Source: the human T2T-CHM13v2.0 reference genome, Homo sapiens. From it: a stretch of DNA of 64,000 nt. The notes beneath the pieces were generated by a model that saw nothing but the letters and a program-made list of their open reading frames with translations, did not search any database and was not told where the DNA came from. The position numbers and the translations under genes are program-made. Positions 28,106-43,900 of this stretch are shown piece after piece. The stretch is taken from NCBI RefSeq assembly GCF_009914755.1, contig NC_060939.1. The stretch is one strand, 5' to 3'. The stretch's first letter is position 1, and each line of letters opens with the position of its first letter.

Positions 28106-28729
28106 TGAGTTGTGCAGGCTGACAGGGAAGAGGCAATGAGGAGAGAGGGAGCTAAGACAGCTTCTTTCAATGATAAATCCCTTTTCCCAGAATAATCTGT
28201 ACCTGTCTTCTTAAAGTAGCTCTTTGCACCAAAAGGGAGGATAATGAATTTTCAAATTGCAAACAGGTTCATTTGTTTCTACAAAACTGTATGTGGCCTA
28301 AAAGTGACAGTCATCCTCCTGAGAGAGTCCCCCGTCTTCTAGACAGGACTGGCCCGTGCTAACCAAAGCTGGGCTCTGGCAGGGACTCCAATTTGGGAAG
28401 ATAAATGAGCAGGCGTGGCTGGCCCCTGAGCCACAGCTGAGCTCTCATGGAAGCGTCAGAAACAAGTACAGGCAACCCCAGGGACTTGGGCAAGGCCAGC
28501 CAGATGGTGAGGTGACCCCCAGGGCCCTGCAGCCACAGTGAAATTGACAAGGACCTGGAGCAGGGGCTGAAGACCCCTGTGGGCAGGAACAAATGCTGCA
28601 GCTGGGCAGGGGATGGGGCAGGCCTGTAGGAAGCCAGATCCCACCTGGGCTCCCCACTCAGAGATGGATCAGAGGCCAGGCTGACCCGTGACCTCACACG
28701 GGAGGCCACACTTGGCCCGTGCTCTAATT

Positions 28730-28866
28730 TGTATTTATTTTTTATTGTTGTGGCGATGGGGTTTGCTGTGTTTCCCAGGCTAATCTCAGACTCCTGGACT
28801 CAAACAATCTGCCCACTTTGGCCTCCCAAAAGTGTTGGGATTACAGGCGTGAGCCGCCGAGCCCAG
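28730..28866 (-). mobile_element. Alu monomer (FLAM-like)
   Basis: Single left-arm Alu; gtgctcta flanks both sides. Confidence 0.75.
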
Positions 28867-29223
28867 TCCAGTGCTCTATTTTGAAAACAATAGTTAACTA
28901 CTAACTGTTTTTAAATAAATAGTTGATGGACTGAATAGCACTTTTTCAAAAATTGGCTTTATGTAGACTAGATTCTAACATGCAAAGAAAATATTTTGGG
29001 CGGTGGGGGTGGGGGGACCTCTAGAATTTATAGCTCTAAATGTATTAGGTTCTCAGGCCAGGGAGAAAAATTCACTGTTTTAGAGCAATATTACTTGGCA
29101 GGCAATGTTCTACTGGCATCACTGCATACGGGTACCTCAACTTCTCCTACAATAAAACCTTATTAATTTGATATCAAAGAACAAAAAGAAAAATTCTCCA
29201 ACCCCCGCTGGTCTTTGCATTTA

Positions 29224-29624
<401 letters not shown>

Positions 29625-29879
29625 CTACTTTACTTTAAATTAACCAACATTGAAATAATGAGGTTCTAGTGTAATTTGCTATGATTTAATTAACTCCAAC
29701 TTTGTGTTGGGCCTTAAACCTCTTCACCCCAATCAAGAAATCCTAGGCTGCCTGCTTGCTTCCTGAGACAGTGGGGCCTTTCTGAAAACCCACCTTGTTT
29801 TGCTTCTTTGGGCAGCTGTGGTGACCTCACTTTTGCTCAGAGCTCAGCAGTGTATGGGGTAGCCTTTTTTAGAAAACAT

Positions 29880-30340
29880 TATTTTTATTTTTATTTATTT
29901 TTTGAGACAGGGTCTCACTCTGTTGCCCAGGCTGGAGTACAGTGGCCCGATCATAGCTCACTACAGCCTTGAACTCCTGGGTACAAGTGATCCTCCTGTC
30001 TCAGCCTCCCAAGTAGCTGCGACTACAGGCTTGTGCCACCATGCCCAGTTAATTAAAAAAAAAAAAAATTTAGTAGAGACAAAGTCTCACTATGTTGCCC
30101 AGACCAGTCTTGAACTCCCAAACTCAAGCAATCCTCCTGCCTCGGGCTTCAAAAGTGCTGAGATTACCACCGAGACCAGTTTATTTTTATTTTTTGAGAA
30201 AAGGTCTCGCTCTGTCACCCAGACTGGATTGCGGCAGCATGATCCCGGCTCACTGTAGCCTCAACCTCCTGGGTTCAAGTGATCCTCCCTCCCCGGCCTC
30301 CCAAAATGCTGAGATTGCAGGTGTGAGCCACTGCGGCCAG
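29880..30340 (-). mobile_element. Two adjacent old Alu pieces (AluJ plus internally deleted Alu)
   Basis: Two poly-T/gaga starts at ~29880 and ~30180. Confidence 0.8.
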
Positions 30341-31113
30341 CTGGTAACCTTTTCGTTTTTTTGGTTTTTTGCTTGCCATTACCATCAACTCACCCTGTCT
30401 AAAAAGCAGCTGTCACTCTCCTCCCCTACTGCGTCCCCTGCCTGACATCCAGACTCCAGACCCCCAGGCTCAGAACTGCTCTGTTATCTTGGCTTCTCCT
30501 TTTCTCCTCAAACTGCCCAAATGCTGCTTCCTCTTCCTTCTCAAGGTGGCTCCATATCTGTGGTCCAGGCTCTCACGCTTGTGTCTGTCTCCCTGCCCCA
30601 TTACTCTCCTGCAGAAAACCCTTCCCTAGCTCCCCATCGCCCACCAGCAGTTGTCACTGTTCCACAGGGCTAGGAGCTGGGGAAAGCCATTGCAGGAAGC
30701 TGTGGGGTGACGAAGAGGAGATGAGGGTTCCTGGGCCAGTGACTTTGTCCTCACCTCTGCTGTGACCAGCACTGTCCTGCTTTTCTCGGATTCATCCAGG
30801 AAGCTTCTGGGTAATATTTGATGTGGAAACAAAAGGTCTCTGTAGCTAAAAATACCTTAGAAAACGACAGAACTTCTATAGGGCCAGTGCTATCCAGCTT
30901 AACAATCAAGACCCGGATCAACAAGACAAAGGCCACCTCTGCCTTCCTCTGCTTCTCCTTCACTCCAAACCCTCTCACCTGTGGGGCCCTGAAACACCTT
31001 GTCATGTCCCACCCTTGTGCTTGGAGTAGAAAGCGCTCTTCTCTTTCTGATTCCCTGTGGTTGAAGGCCTGGCTCAGACCCCACCACCTCTGATGTGGCT
31101 GTGTTCACCCTGA

Positions 31114-31440
<327 letters not shown>

Positions 31441-31989
31441 TGGTTCTCCCTCCTTCTACAGGCTCCTACTCTTCTCCCTGGCCACAGCTAACCGAACCAA
31501 GGGACCCCGATCAAGCAGAACCCCTCAAAGGTCTTTTGGGGCCTGGTGCGGAAACCCGTGCTTACTGCAGAATCTGGAATTGAGACATGGAGGCTGCACC
31601 ATTGGCTGAGGGCGGCTGGTGCTGGGGGGCAAGGGCCAGGCCAAGTCACAGTCACTTGTCAGTCAGAATCTGGGGTGGGGGGCAGGGGCTGGGGGAAAAC
31701 TGAGGAAGCTAGGCAGCAGAGGAAAGAGAGTGAGGGGGACAAACAAGGTAGAGAGAGACCCTGCTCCTGAGGACGGCCTGGTTTCCATCAGGTCCTCACT
31801 TGTGAGACCCCCTGGGCGACTTCACAGCAAACCTTCCCTTGTACCTGAGCTGCTGGAGAGGCCTCTGTTCCTGCCAGCGGAAACTCCAGGCCATGTCTCC
31901 TGGACTGACCTCGAGCTCCTCAAGGGCAGGGATTGTGCCTTACTCAGCTTTGATTCCCTGCAGCACCAACAGGGTAGGGACCGTGCTTG

Positions 31990-32060
31990 TATGAGTGTGT
32001 TTGTGTGTGTGTGTGTGTGTGAGTGTGAAAGTGTGTGTGAGAGGTGACAGTGTGTGTGTA
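31990..32060. repeat. Imperfect (TG)n microsatellite
   Basis: Seen directly. Confidence 0.85.
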
Positions 32061-32199
32061 AGTTTTCCCTCTCTAGTAGCAGGTGGAGGCCAGAGCTACC
32101 TGCCTTGAAAATACTGTGTATTTGAGCTATACTCTTGTGCGTGCGCAGCTTGAGCTTGGGTAGGCAATGATTCAAAAACCATGGGTACCACCAGGAGGA

Positions 32200-32900
32200 C
32201 TGTAATCAAAATGACAACAATAACAAGTGTTGGCACAGATGTGGAGAAATCGGGACCCACTTACAGTGCTGGTAGGAATAGAAAATGGGGCAGCCGCTGT
32301 GGAATGCAGCCTGACACTTCCTCAAAACATTAAGCATAGAGCTGCCATATGAACCAGAAGTTCCACGCCAGGGGCTGTGCCCGAGAGAAATGATGACACA
32401 CATCCACACAAGCACTTGTACACAAAAGTTCATAGCAGTGTTATTCACAGTAGCCAGAAGCAGAAACAACCCAAATGACCATTGCTGATGGATGGATAAA
32501 CCAATTGTGGTCAATCCACACAATTGACTATTATTTGGCAATAAAAACAGATGAGGTACTGATTCATGCTACCACATCAGTGAATCTTGAAGACACTATA
32601 CTAAATGAAAGGAGCCAGCCACAAAAGACCACAAATGATTCCTTTTATATGAAAATTTCAGAATAGGAAAATCTATAGAGACAGAAAGTAGATTAGTGGT
32701 TGCCAGGGCCTGGGAAGAGGGGAGGTTAAGGCATGATGCCAACAGAGTTTCTTTTGAGGGTGATGAAAATGTTCTGGAGTTAGATGGTAATGATGGTTGT
32801 ACAACCTTGTGAATATACTTTGAAAACCACTGAACTGTATACTTTACAATGGTGAATTTTATAGTGTATGCATTACATTTTACCTTTAAACACAAAAAAC
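32200..32900 (+). mobile_element. Old L1 (L1MB/ME-type) ORF2 end and 3' UTR
   Basis: aataacaagtgttggc..gatgtggagaaatcggg; gttcatagcagtgttattcacagtagcc; gatgaaaatgttctggagttagatggt. Confidence 0.85.
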
Positions 32901-32999
32901 CAAGGGCAGCTCCTATGAGTTAAGGATCTAGGCAGTAAGCAGCAACCACCACTAACATGGTAAACAGAGACACGGGAACATGCTGTGACTCTTGTTGAG

Positions 33000-33630
33000 G
33001 AACAGACCCACCTAGGGAGACTGGCCTAAAAAGTGAACCTGACTGTAGTCAGGCCCCTAGCTCCAGTACAAATGTACAGGAAGGACAGAGGCACAGCAAT
33101 GGGCTAAATGACACCATGGGGATGCAGTCCAAACTGCAGGGAATTCCATTCTACAAACCACCCAGTTACTTTAACAGATTCCAAAGTAAAAGAAAACCAA
33201 AAAAACCAAGGGGAAAACCTATGGATTCAAAGAGACTTCAGAGATACACCAACCAATTGCTGTATGTGGACCTTCTTTGATCTGGAGTCCAATAATCCGT
33301 TAAAAAAATAATTTTGGCTTTTGACAAATTTGGAGATTTGAACACTAGCTGGATATTTGATAATACTGAAACATTATTGTTAATTTATTTTTATTGTGTT
33401 TTCTTTAAAAAAACCACAGTCCTTATCTTTTAGAATTACTGAAATAAAGAAAAAAATGATCTGATGCTTGGAATTGATTTCCAAATAATCATGATGAAGG
33501 GAAATGGGTGGAGAAATAGATAAAAATGACATTTGCTGTAAGTAGACAATTGAAGCTGGGTCACAGGTATATGGATTTTTTGTATGTTCTATCTACTTTT
33601 GTATATGTTTGAAATTTTCCATAGCTCCAT
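33000..33630 (+). mobile_element. Old L1 (L1ME/L1M) 3' fragment
   Basis: ggagatttgaacactagctggatatttgataatact; ctacttttgtatatgtttgaaattttccata. Confidence 0.6.
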
Positions 33631-34037
33631 ATTTACTTCTTATTGGAAAATAAACAAGAAGAGAAGAATTGGAAGAGAGAAATCATGGGCAAAGTAGTAG
33701 TCTGAGATGGGGTGTCAGGCCTAATGTCCATCAGCTATTGCCCCACAGGCCTGCATTGCTAATCTGCCATCTGCCTCACGGCACCCTCCCCAGCCATCCT
33801 GTTGGCCCCTCCCATGAGGGAGTGCTCTCCATGGCTGTGCCCTCTTGGGCCTGACCTCACAACTGTTTCTGGAGGCACAAAATTGTCTCCTGTGGCTCAA
33901 GACACGAAGAATGGATGATCACATATGGTCACCAAACTTTGTGGAACAGTGATTCCAAACTATGGTCCTTCCGACAGCAGAGCAACACAAGAAGCAAACA
34001 GCTGAGGTGTTTGAGAAAGGTCAGGGAAAAAAAGCCT

Positions 34038-34039
<2 letters not shown>

Positions 34040-34070
<31 letters not shown>

Positions 34071-34348
34071 AGACAGAGTCTCGCTCTATTGGCAGGCTGG
34101 AGTGCAGTGGCGCGATCTTGGCTCACTATAACCTCTGCCTGCTGGATTCAAGCAATTCTTCTGCCTCAGCCTCCCTAGTAGCTGGGACTACAGGTGCACA
34201 CCACCACGCCCAGCTAATTTTTGTATTTTTAGTAGAGATAGGGTTTCACCATGTTGGCCAGGATGGTCTCGATCTCCTGACCTTGTGATCTGCCCGCCTC
34301 GGCCTCCCAAAGTGCTGGGATTACAAGGGTGAGCCACTGCGCCTGGCC
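34040..34348 (-). mobile_element. Alu (AluSc-like)
   Basis: TSD aaaaagccttctt; ggatggtctcgatctcctgacc. Confidence 0.92.
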
Positions 34349-35164
34349 GAAAAAGCCTTCTTGACTGAGAGCATGCTGCGGGTTAGGGAAGGGAGAGGTT
34401 ACCTCTGGATCAGAGGTTGGAGAAGAATATAATTAAAGGAGTTTAAACTGAACTGGAGTGACACATAAATCATGCGAAATATATGTGAATGTGTTTCTTA
34501 AGTAAAATTAAAAAGTCCTCCAGGGGGATGTGCTTCTCCCATGCTCAAAGCTGACAAATCTTGGAGATGCCTGGTGTCCCAACCAAAGGTCATTTCCCAG
34601 CCTTTCTCTGAGAACAGAGAACACATTTCTCACGGAAGCAACATTATAAGTGGTGGTTGGGTTCCCAAGATCCCCATCAAAAGTTTATTTGCCCAGTTTA
34701 AAGGCTGCGCATTTGCACCTGAAGTAGGTAGGGCCCTTGCAAAGGCTAGCAGTTGGATAACATTAAGTTACATGTCAAGCCAGTCAAGATATGTGCCCTG
34801 CAATCCTCAGGAGTTGCTTGTGGAATTCAGAGGAGGAAGGGAGCATCTTCCAGTTAGGTGGCTAGGGAAGCAGTGGGATTTGAGCTGGGCTTGGAGTGGT
34901 GGATACATTTCAGTGACAGTAACAACCCCTCTGTCCTTCTTACTCAACTTTGCTAAGAAAAATTCTGAACTTTACAAATTATCCTTGAATCAGGCCCAGT
35001 GAGTTATGCGGAAATGTTAGAGCAAGCCCAAACCAGCTGGGACAGACGTAAATGTGTTCTGGATGTGCTGACTTGATCATAAGGTCCTCAGGTCTTCAGG
35101 ATCCTGTAAGATGACCATCACCACACCACACTTCAGATTCCAGGGCCTTGCCTCCCTAGCCTGA

Positions 35165-35588
<424 letters not shown>

Positions 35589-35688
35589 TCTTTCTAAGCC
35601 AGCATCCAGAACACAGATACAAGACTCATTAGGTAGGTTCAAAAAACAGGTCTCCAATGGCTTCCTTATTTCAGGAAGCACTGAATTA

Positions 35689-36122
<434 letters not shown>

Positions 36123-36244
36123 TCAAAGGAGGAAGGGACATTTTCCTTAGAATAAAACTTTAATAACGAAAACAATAAACTCCCTCCTTTCCACTCGTAG
36201 AATAGTCAAGCACTCATTTCTCATTTGCTTCTCAGCCATCAGCT

Positions 36245-36770
36245 GTCCTAATCTGTTATCTATTACGCTGTGTATCGAAACTCGTCCCAATCTAGTAGCT
36301 GAAAGCAACAACCATTTATTATGGCACATGTCTACATGGTGGCTGGGTGGTTTTGGTGATTTGGGCCCAGGCTGGCTGAATCCAGGTGGGCTTGTTCAGT
36401 GGTCCCTGGCAGTTGGGTTGGGGGCTGGCCTGTCTAGCATGGCCTCAGGTAGGAAGAGTTGGCTCTGCTCCACAGACTGACCCGTGCCTGTTCTCTTCCT
36501 CTAGCAGCTTAGTCCAGGCTTGTTCTCTCAGTGGAGACAGGGGTCCTACGAGAAGAGCAGAAGCAGTAAAGGCCTCATGAGGCCTGGACTTAAAGGACAC
36601 ATTGCCAGTTCCGCTATATTCTGTTGGCCAAAGCAGGCCAGCCAAGATACAAGCGGGGGGAGAAAATATGCTCTCTACCTTTTAATGAGGCATTGCAAAC
36701 TCACATTGCCAAGGGTGTGGATACAGAAGGTCACTAGTTGTGGCCATGAATGCCATCCATCTATCAGACC
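36245..36770 (-). mobile_element. Old MaLR MLT1 LTR
   Basis: tctattacgctgtgta...gaaagcaacaaccatttatt...gctatattctgttggccaaagca. Confidence 0.65.
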
Positions 36771-37897
36771 TGCCAACGTAGTTTTTCTTTTAGGGGCGGA
36801 CTTAGTCCGATTTCAGACATTAGTAAAACTGATTCGGATTCCATTTCCAAATTCCTAATTCCAAGAGAACTGGAAAAGCAGAGCGTGCCACCCTCTTATA
36901 ATCCTTCTTAATGTGACAAATGTTTCTACAGCGTCCACTGAGCCAGGCTCAGTAGGTCCCTGGGACATATATGAAACAACAGTTCTCCTGCCCTCCAGGT
37001 GCTCAGCACAGCAGGAGAATCCCGGCTGGGAACAGAGAGCAAAGCGACCACATAGCTCTAGTGGGAATCCTGGGGAAGTGGTATGTGGTCTTGAATAGTG
37101 ACTTAGAGTTTTCCAGAAAGAGAAGGAAGGGGAGTTCATTCTAGAGGCCTGGAGGACGTAAAGATGGTTGTGTTTTCATGAAACCGAGCTGTGGACACAA
37201 AGGGCAAGGCCAAGGTTGCAAGGGGCCTTGCCCGACTCTCTGTGGAGAGAGGATTTTATTGTGAAGGGTCCACGAAGTCGCCGCAGGGCTTCAGCTGGAT
37301 GAGTGTGCTCTGCTTGGCCTGTTGGAAAGATTGCTGGGGCAGCAGGGAGGTGAAGAGGAAGCTAAAGATAGGGTGACCAGTTGGGAGACTATTTCCAGTC
37401 CAAATACATCCTCTTGGGTTTGAGTTTCTGTGACCGTCCTCCTGCTGGCTGGAACTGGGAGGTCCTCTGGGGTCTCTAAACGCTCTCAGTTGCTTGCCTA
37501 GAGTTATGCAAGCGGGCGTGGGGTCGGGGCAGGACCAGGAAGCTTTGCGCTTTCTGCTCTTGGCTGATTTCATAACAGGTTAGCTTTTAAACTTCTGGCT
37601 TATTCCAGACACTATGCCTCTGGCCCTGGGAGAGAACTTGGTCTCCCAGACCGCGCATAACATTTCCACTTTCCGGCAAACACAGTCTGTGCGTGATCAG
37701 GTGAGGCTGGCGCACACAAATCCTTGATGTCTAGACCGCCTTTCTCCAGCTGCTGTGTTTACTGCAGAAAGGTTCCATCCTGGGATGATCGCCTGGGGGG
37801 AGTTTTCTTCTTGCGACACCTAGTTCAGCTCTGCTGAGCTTTTGGATTCCCAGCCTTTCTCCCACCACAACCCGGTGGTCATGAAGTCTCACAGGAA

Positions 37898-38398
37898 GTG
37901 TGGTAGGCACAATAATGGTCCCCAAGGATGTCTAGGCCCCCATCCCTGCAACCTGTAAGTGTGTTGTTACACGGCCAAGGGGATTGAATTAACAGATGGA
38001 ATGAAGGTTGCTAATCAGCTGACTTTAATACAGGGAAATGAGCCTGGATTATCCAGGTGGGGCCAATATCATCATCAAGGTCCTTAATAGTGGAAGAGGA
38101 GGCAGCAGAGGAGCGCAGAGTGTTGCTTTGTGAGAAGGACCCGCCCAGCGTTGCTGGCCTTTAAGATGGAGGAAGGGGGCCGTGTGGTAGGAATGTGGGG
38201 GCCTCAGGAGGGAAGGAAATTGGCTCTCCCAGGAGCTTCCAGAAAGGAATGCACCCCTGCTGACACTTTGATTTTGGCCCCAGTGAGCCTCGTGTTGGAC
38301 TCCTGGACTACGGAGCTGTAAGATAATAAATGTGTGCTGTTTTAAGCCAGTAGCTTTGTGGTAATTGGTTACAGCAGGCATGGGAAAGCAGTGCAGGG
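37898..38398 (+). mobile_element. MLT1D-like LTR
   Basis: tgtggtaggcacaataatggtccccaaggatgtc...cctggattatccaggtggg...ctgtaagataataaatgtgtgctgttttaagcca. Confidence 0.85.
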
Positions 38399-39349
38399 TG
38401 TGTGAGCTGAACCCTTGAAGACGGGGTTCTCCACTACGTCCCCAGTGTGGAGCACAAGCTGGCTCTATGCCCGGTGCTCGGAAGCATTTTCAGAATGAAC
38501 AGGACTGACTGAGATGAAGCCGCAGACATCTGCTCTCTCCAGGCCCCTATCTGGCTGTGTGACCATAGGTGGGTCCCTTCACTTTCAGTGACTATGTTCC
38601 CATGTCTCTTAAGGCAGTTGATGACCTCAAGGGTGGGTGACTTTTGAAGTGACTCTCAGATGTGTTACCACTGGAGCCACCGCCAGATCTCCTGACTCTC
38701 CTCTCTCTGACTGGTCTCATTCTTAGTCTAATACCATCATTCTCCAATGCTAAGGTCATTAATTAGCACCCCAGGCCCTCACTGACTCTGCTCTCACCCT
38801 GTCTCTGGGGCTCCCTGCCTACAGGTTCACTGCGGAGGTCATGGTAGACGTTGCTGCCCAGAACCTCCAACCGTAGGAAACCTCTCCTCCTTATTCTCAG
38901 CCATGAAGTGTGGGAGCAAAACTGCTACACAGTTTTGCTCAGGGTCAGACGCTGGGACATCCCCAGGGCCTGTAATGCTGGTCTCACCAGAGCTTTGACT
39001 GTGAATGCTGCTTTTCCTCATAGCAGTGTGTGGCCCCTAAGGTCCCCTATTCAATGACCAGGGACAATCATCAAATCAATGCAGAGAGAAAATGAAGCCT
39101 TGTGTTTCTATCTAACGGGTGAGCTACACTGGAAGTATAAGAAGTACTTATGGGGAAATCTGCTTTCCTGACTCTTACTTCTGTTTCCAGAGGGTGATAT
39201 AATGTGTGTAAATGCAGATTCAGCTTCGAGGAAACTTTCGTCTAATAATGAACTGAACCACATTATGGCATGCTATCTCCAAGGTATGATAGTATCTGTT
39301 ATACTCATGGGGTCCAAATTTTCTTTAGCTTAGAGGTTATTCTACTTTA

Positions 39350-39502
39350 GAGCAGGAGTTCTCTATTTTGGCCACCCACTAAGAATCACTCGAGGGGAGT
39401 ATTTAAAAATCCAAGCCAGGCTGCACTCTAGAGCCACAGAATCACTGGGCTGAAACAGTTCCCCAGGTGACGCTGATGTGCAGCCCGGGTTGAGAACCAC
39501 TC
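39350..39502. mobile_element. MER5A-type hAT MITE
   Basis: agaatcactcgaggggagtatttaaaaat...ccccaggtgacgctgatgtgcagcccgggttgagaaccact. Confidence 0.7.
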
Positions 39503-40914
39503 CACTGCCTTAGCTAACACTGGCTACTCTTGCCTTTGCCTTTGCTATTTACAAAAACAATTATTTTTTAGTATCTAAAGGCCAACATCCATAAACCCTT
39601 ACTTGTTATACTAGAAGATGCTCTGTCCTCATTGACCTGAGTCCCATCTTAGTGGGGCTTATTATAATGACCCAGGCACGTGGGTCTCATGCAAACCAGT
39701 GCCTGCCACATAGGGGCAGGCTCTTGGGAGCAGTGGCTTCTGCATTATGCCTGGAATGCAGGAATACGTGGGGATCAGTCCGACTGACAAATGCAACTCA
39801 CCCAAAGTGACTATGAATGACTGCAAGGGCATCTGGGTACAGCAGTGGGACTGTAGTTCAGGTCAGGGATCTGGTCTCTGGTGTTGGCCCTGGGCAGGGA
39901 GGGAGCTCTAACAGGAACCGAGGCACCCAGTGTGGTACCTGCAGTTTCCCTGACCCCCACTGCAATCAATCCTTCACCCCCGGGCTCCCCTTGGTTTCCC
40001 TGCCTCACCCACAGTCATTGGCCTCAGCTGGTAAAGGGCAGCTTGAGCCAGTGCGTCCTCGGAGCGTTAGTCCCAGCCAGTTTTTGCTGACTCCTCTCCC
40101 TTCCCAGCTGCCATGGCAAGTGGGTGCCCAGTCCCACAGCAGCCTCTCTTTCCTAAGTAAAATCCCACGCCCCGTGGCTAACTGTTCACAACCTGAAGGA
40201 AGAAATGTTCTACTTTCAAAGGAAAAACAGCCCTCCTTCCATGTAGCTCGCCAGCTGCCCACCGCTAGCCAGGTGTCGCTTGCAATCCATGGACACCGTT
40301 CCCGTAGCAACCCCAGGTGACTGTCACAGCTGCCCCTGACACAAACGGCTTTAGCAAAGGGGTGTCAAAAAATATTTTAAAAACAAGTTTTAAACACAAT
40401 TTTTAGGGAGAAATCAAGAGGGTTCTCAACTGAGGTAATTGACCGACTTGGTGGGGGTTCAGTCCATGAATGTAGCTTCACTCTTGTGGCTATTAATGGC
40501 AGGGAGGTGGGGGGACAGTTGGTATAAAGGCAATGAGACTACATATCAAGATGGAAGGGGGCATCCTAGGCTTGGCATGGTATTTGGAAACCTTGACTAG
40601 CCTTTTATGCCCAATGCTGTTTGGAAATCTTGCTGGGAATCACAGAAGCTACAGATGCTTAATGGTGTCAGCACTGATATGCGCCACCATCAGCTTGAAT
40701 TACATATTAACCACCCATCTGCATTTAATCCCTATACCTGGCCATCTTCTGATGAGACGAGCTATTTCCTCTCTCTCCTCTCTTGTACTCTCCAGTGGAT
40801 AAGTGAGTTTCTCTCCATGCCTTCTCTGGAGTGGGCTGTTTCGCCCACTGGAGGGGGATTCTCAAGGTCTCCACCACTCCTTGGAAAAATGGGGTGAGGA
40901 CTCCAGGGCTGGGA

Positions 40915-43900
40915 AAGGGAAAGTGTAAGATGATCCTGAACCAGCTTATGGTGCCTGGAAGTAAGGAAATGCTAGAAAAATGGTGAGAACATGTCAGAAG
41001 ATCACAGGAGCCAGCTTGAAAGGGCTCAAAACAGCCAAACCTAGGGAATCTGAGCAATAAGAGAAATAATAACAGTGGATTGTGACCTGTAGAGTACAAT
41101 GGATGTATTCTGCTAAGTGAGAGAAGCCAGACCCCAAAGTCTACATACTCAAATCCACTTATATGACATTCTGGAAAAGGCAAAACTATAAGGACAAAAA
41201 CCAGATCAGTGGTTGCCAAAAATAGGAGGTGTGGGGGGGTTGATTAAGCTGTATGAGGGATTTTGGGGGCTGATGCAGCTGTTCTGTTGCATGACTGTGG
41301 TGTAGATACATGACTCTACATTGTCAAAACTCATAGAACTGCAAACTACGGAGAGTGAATTTTACTGAATGTAAATTTTAAAAAATTAAGATGTTTGGGA
41401 GCCCCAAATGGAACCCAATTACAAATAAACCCAACCAGGCTGGGCATGGTGGCTCACACAGGTAATCCTAGCACTTTGGGAGGCCGAGGTGGGCAGATTG
41501 CCTGAGCCCAGGAGTTTGAGACCAGCCTGGGGAACATAGCAAAATCCCGTCTCTACAAAAAATACAAAATTAGCCAGGCATGGTGGCGCATGCCTGCAGT
41601 CCTAGCTACTCAGGGACTGAGGCGAGAGGATCACTTAAGCCTAGGAGATTGAGGCTGCAATGAGCTGAGATCATGCCACTACATTCCATACATTCCAGCC
41701 TCAATGACAGAGTGAGTCCCTGTCTCTTAGAAATAAAAAAAAACAAAAGAACCCAACCATAATACAGATGAATAACATAACCACACTGAAGGGGGTAGGG
41801 AAGAAAAGAACCAACCTGAGTACCCAGGGAAAATAGGGTTTTGACTTGATACACAAATACTGTATGGTTAATACACTTCTCATGGGCGGGGGGTGGAGGT
41901 TAGGAATTCTGCAACTACTTTCTGTGTATACTAAAGCTGAAAAAATAGGTACAGCTGACCCTTCAACAACACAAGCTTAAACTTCAAGGGTGCACTTATC
42001 CAAGGATTGTCTTTCACTTCTGCCACCCTCGAGGTAGCAAGACCAACCCCTCTTCTTTCTCCTCCTCAGCCTACTCAGTGTAAAGACGATGAGGATGAAG
42101 ACCTTTAGGATGACCACCTTCTACTTAATGAACAGTAAATATATTTTCTCTTTTTTATGATTTTCTTAAGAACATTTCATTTTCTCTAACTGTATTTTAA
42201 GAATATGTAATAAATACATGCAAATCAACTTATCAGTAAGGCTTCTAGTCAACAGTATGCTATTAGTATTAATAGTTAAGTTTATGGGGAGTCAAAAGTT
42301 ATATGTAGATTTTTAGCCAGGTGTGGTGGTGCGTGCCTATAGTCCTATCTACTGGGAGGCTGAAGCAGGAGGATTGCTTAAGCTGAGGAGTTTGAGGCTG
42401 CCATGAGCTATGATTGTGCCACTGCACTCCAGCCTGGACAACAGTGCAAGACTCTATTAAAAATTTTTTTTAAAATTATCTGTGGTTTTTTGATTCCACA
42501 TAGGAGTGGCATCCCAACCCTCACATTATTCAAGGGTCATCTGTAAATGCATTAAAGATGTTGAGAGCCAGGTTTCTCACCGCCAAAGAAGTTACAAATA
42601 AGAGGAAGGGGGGCTACAATGAACCCTGTCATGTTGGATTGGAATCTGAGCTATCACAGTATGAATTTGTTTTTTAACATTTTATGTATATACAGTTACA
42701 GAAATATAGATGTGCATGGCTTAGTATACATATGTATTATTTCAAGCTCTGTTCTCTACGAGGCCCTAGAAGCAATGACATCCAGTGACAATAAACACAC
42801 TCAGTGCCCAGATTTTTGTTTCTAAATAAAAGGAACCAGGCCTCCCTGGAGCAGTGATTGATTCCAGGCTCCTAGGCAGGGAAAACACAAGAAGAGCCTG
42901 GAACATCTTGAAATGCAAGAAAGTAAGGAAGTGCTCATGAAAGGATGGGGCAGGTCACAAGTGTGCAGGAGCCAACCTGAAAGAGCTCCCCGTGGCCAAG
43001 CTGGGACAATTTGAGCAATAAAATAATGATGGTATTATAATCCATAAAATAAATATCCATGAGTCCATACTCATATAAACAAGCAAACAAATAGATGAGA
43101 AAGGACAGTAATTCTCCAGATAGAATTTCAATTACTTATAATAATAAATGAGGAAATCATGATAATTAATGAGGGAAATAAAAAATCACCATTAGGCAAA
43201 CACTACAGTAATAATTATTACAGGCACAATCTACTAATAGATGTTAAGATGACTGGGCAAAAATTTGAGGTGAATCAGGATATTTGCATAGCCTTAAACT
43301 ATCTCTCCCAAGATATTTATTAATTACAAAGGTAAAAATAGTAACTTTACAGTGAAGAAACCCAGCAGACACAACTTTAACCAGGTGACCAAGGTTAACA
43401 TCACCAGTGGTAGGACATAGCAGCATCCTATCCCACTAACAATATGCATTGAGGGTTTATTACCTTGGTGATATTCTTCGAAGGATGGATAACCTACATT
43501 TAATCTTGAGAAAACATCAGATAAACTCCAAATGAGGGAGATTCTACAAAGTAACTGACCAGTACTCCTCAAAAATGTCAAGATCATGAAAGACAAGGAA
43601 AGATAGAGGAACTATCACAGATGGGAGAAGACCACAGACCTGACCACTAAGTGCAGTGTGGGATCCTGAGTGGCTCCTGAAGAAGAAAGCAGAAGTTAGA
43701 TAACTAGATAGACAATTAGTGACAATTTAATAAGCTCTGTCAGTTATATAGTAGTATTGCCTTTATGTTAATTTCCTGATTTTTTTTTTTTTTTGAGACG
43801 GAGTCTGGCTGTTACCCAAGCTGGATGTGGTGGCACCATCTTGGCTTACTGCAACCTCCACCTCCTGAATTCAAGCGATTCTCCTGCCTCAGCCTCCCGA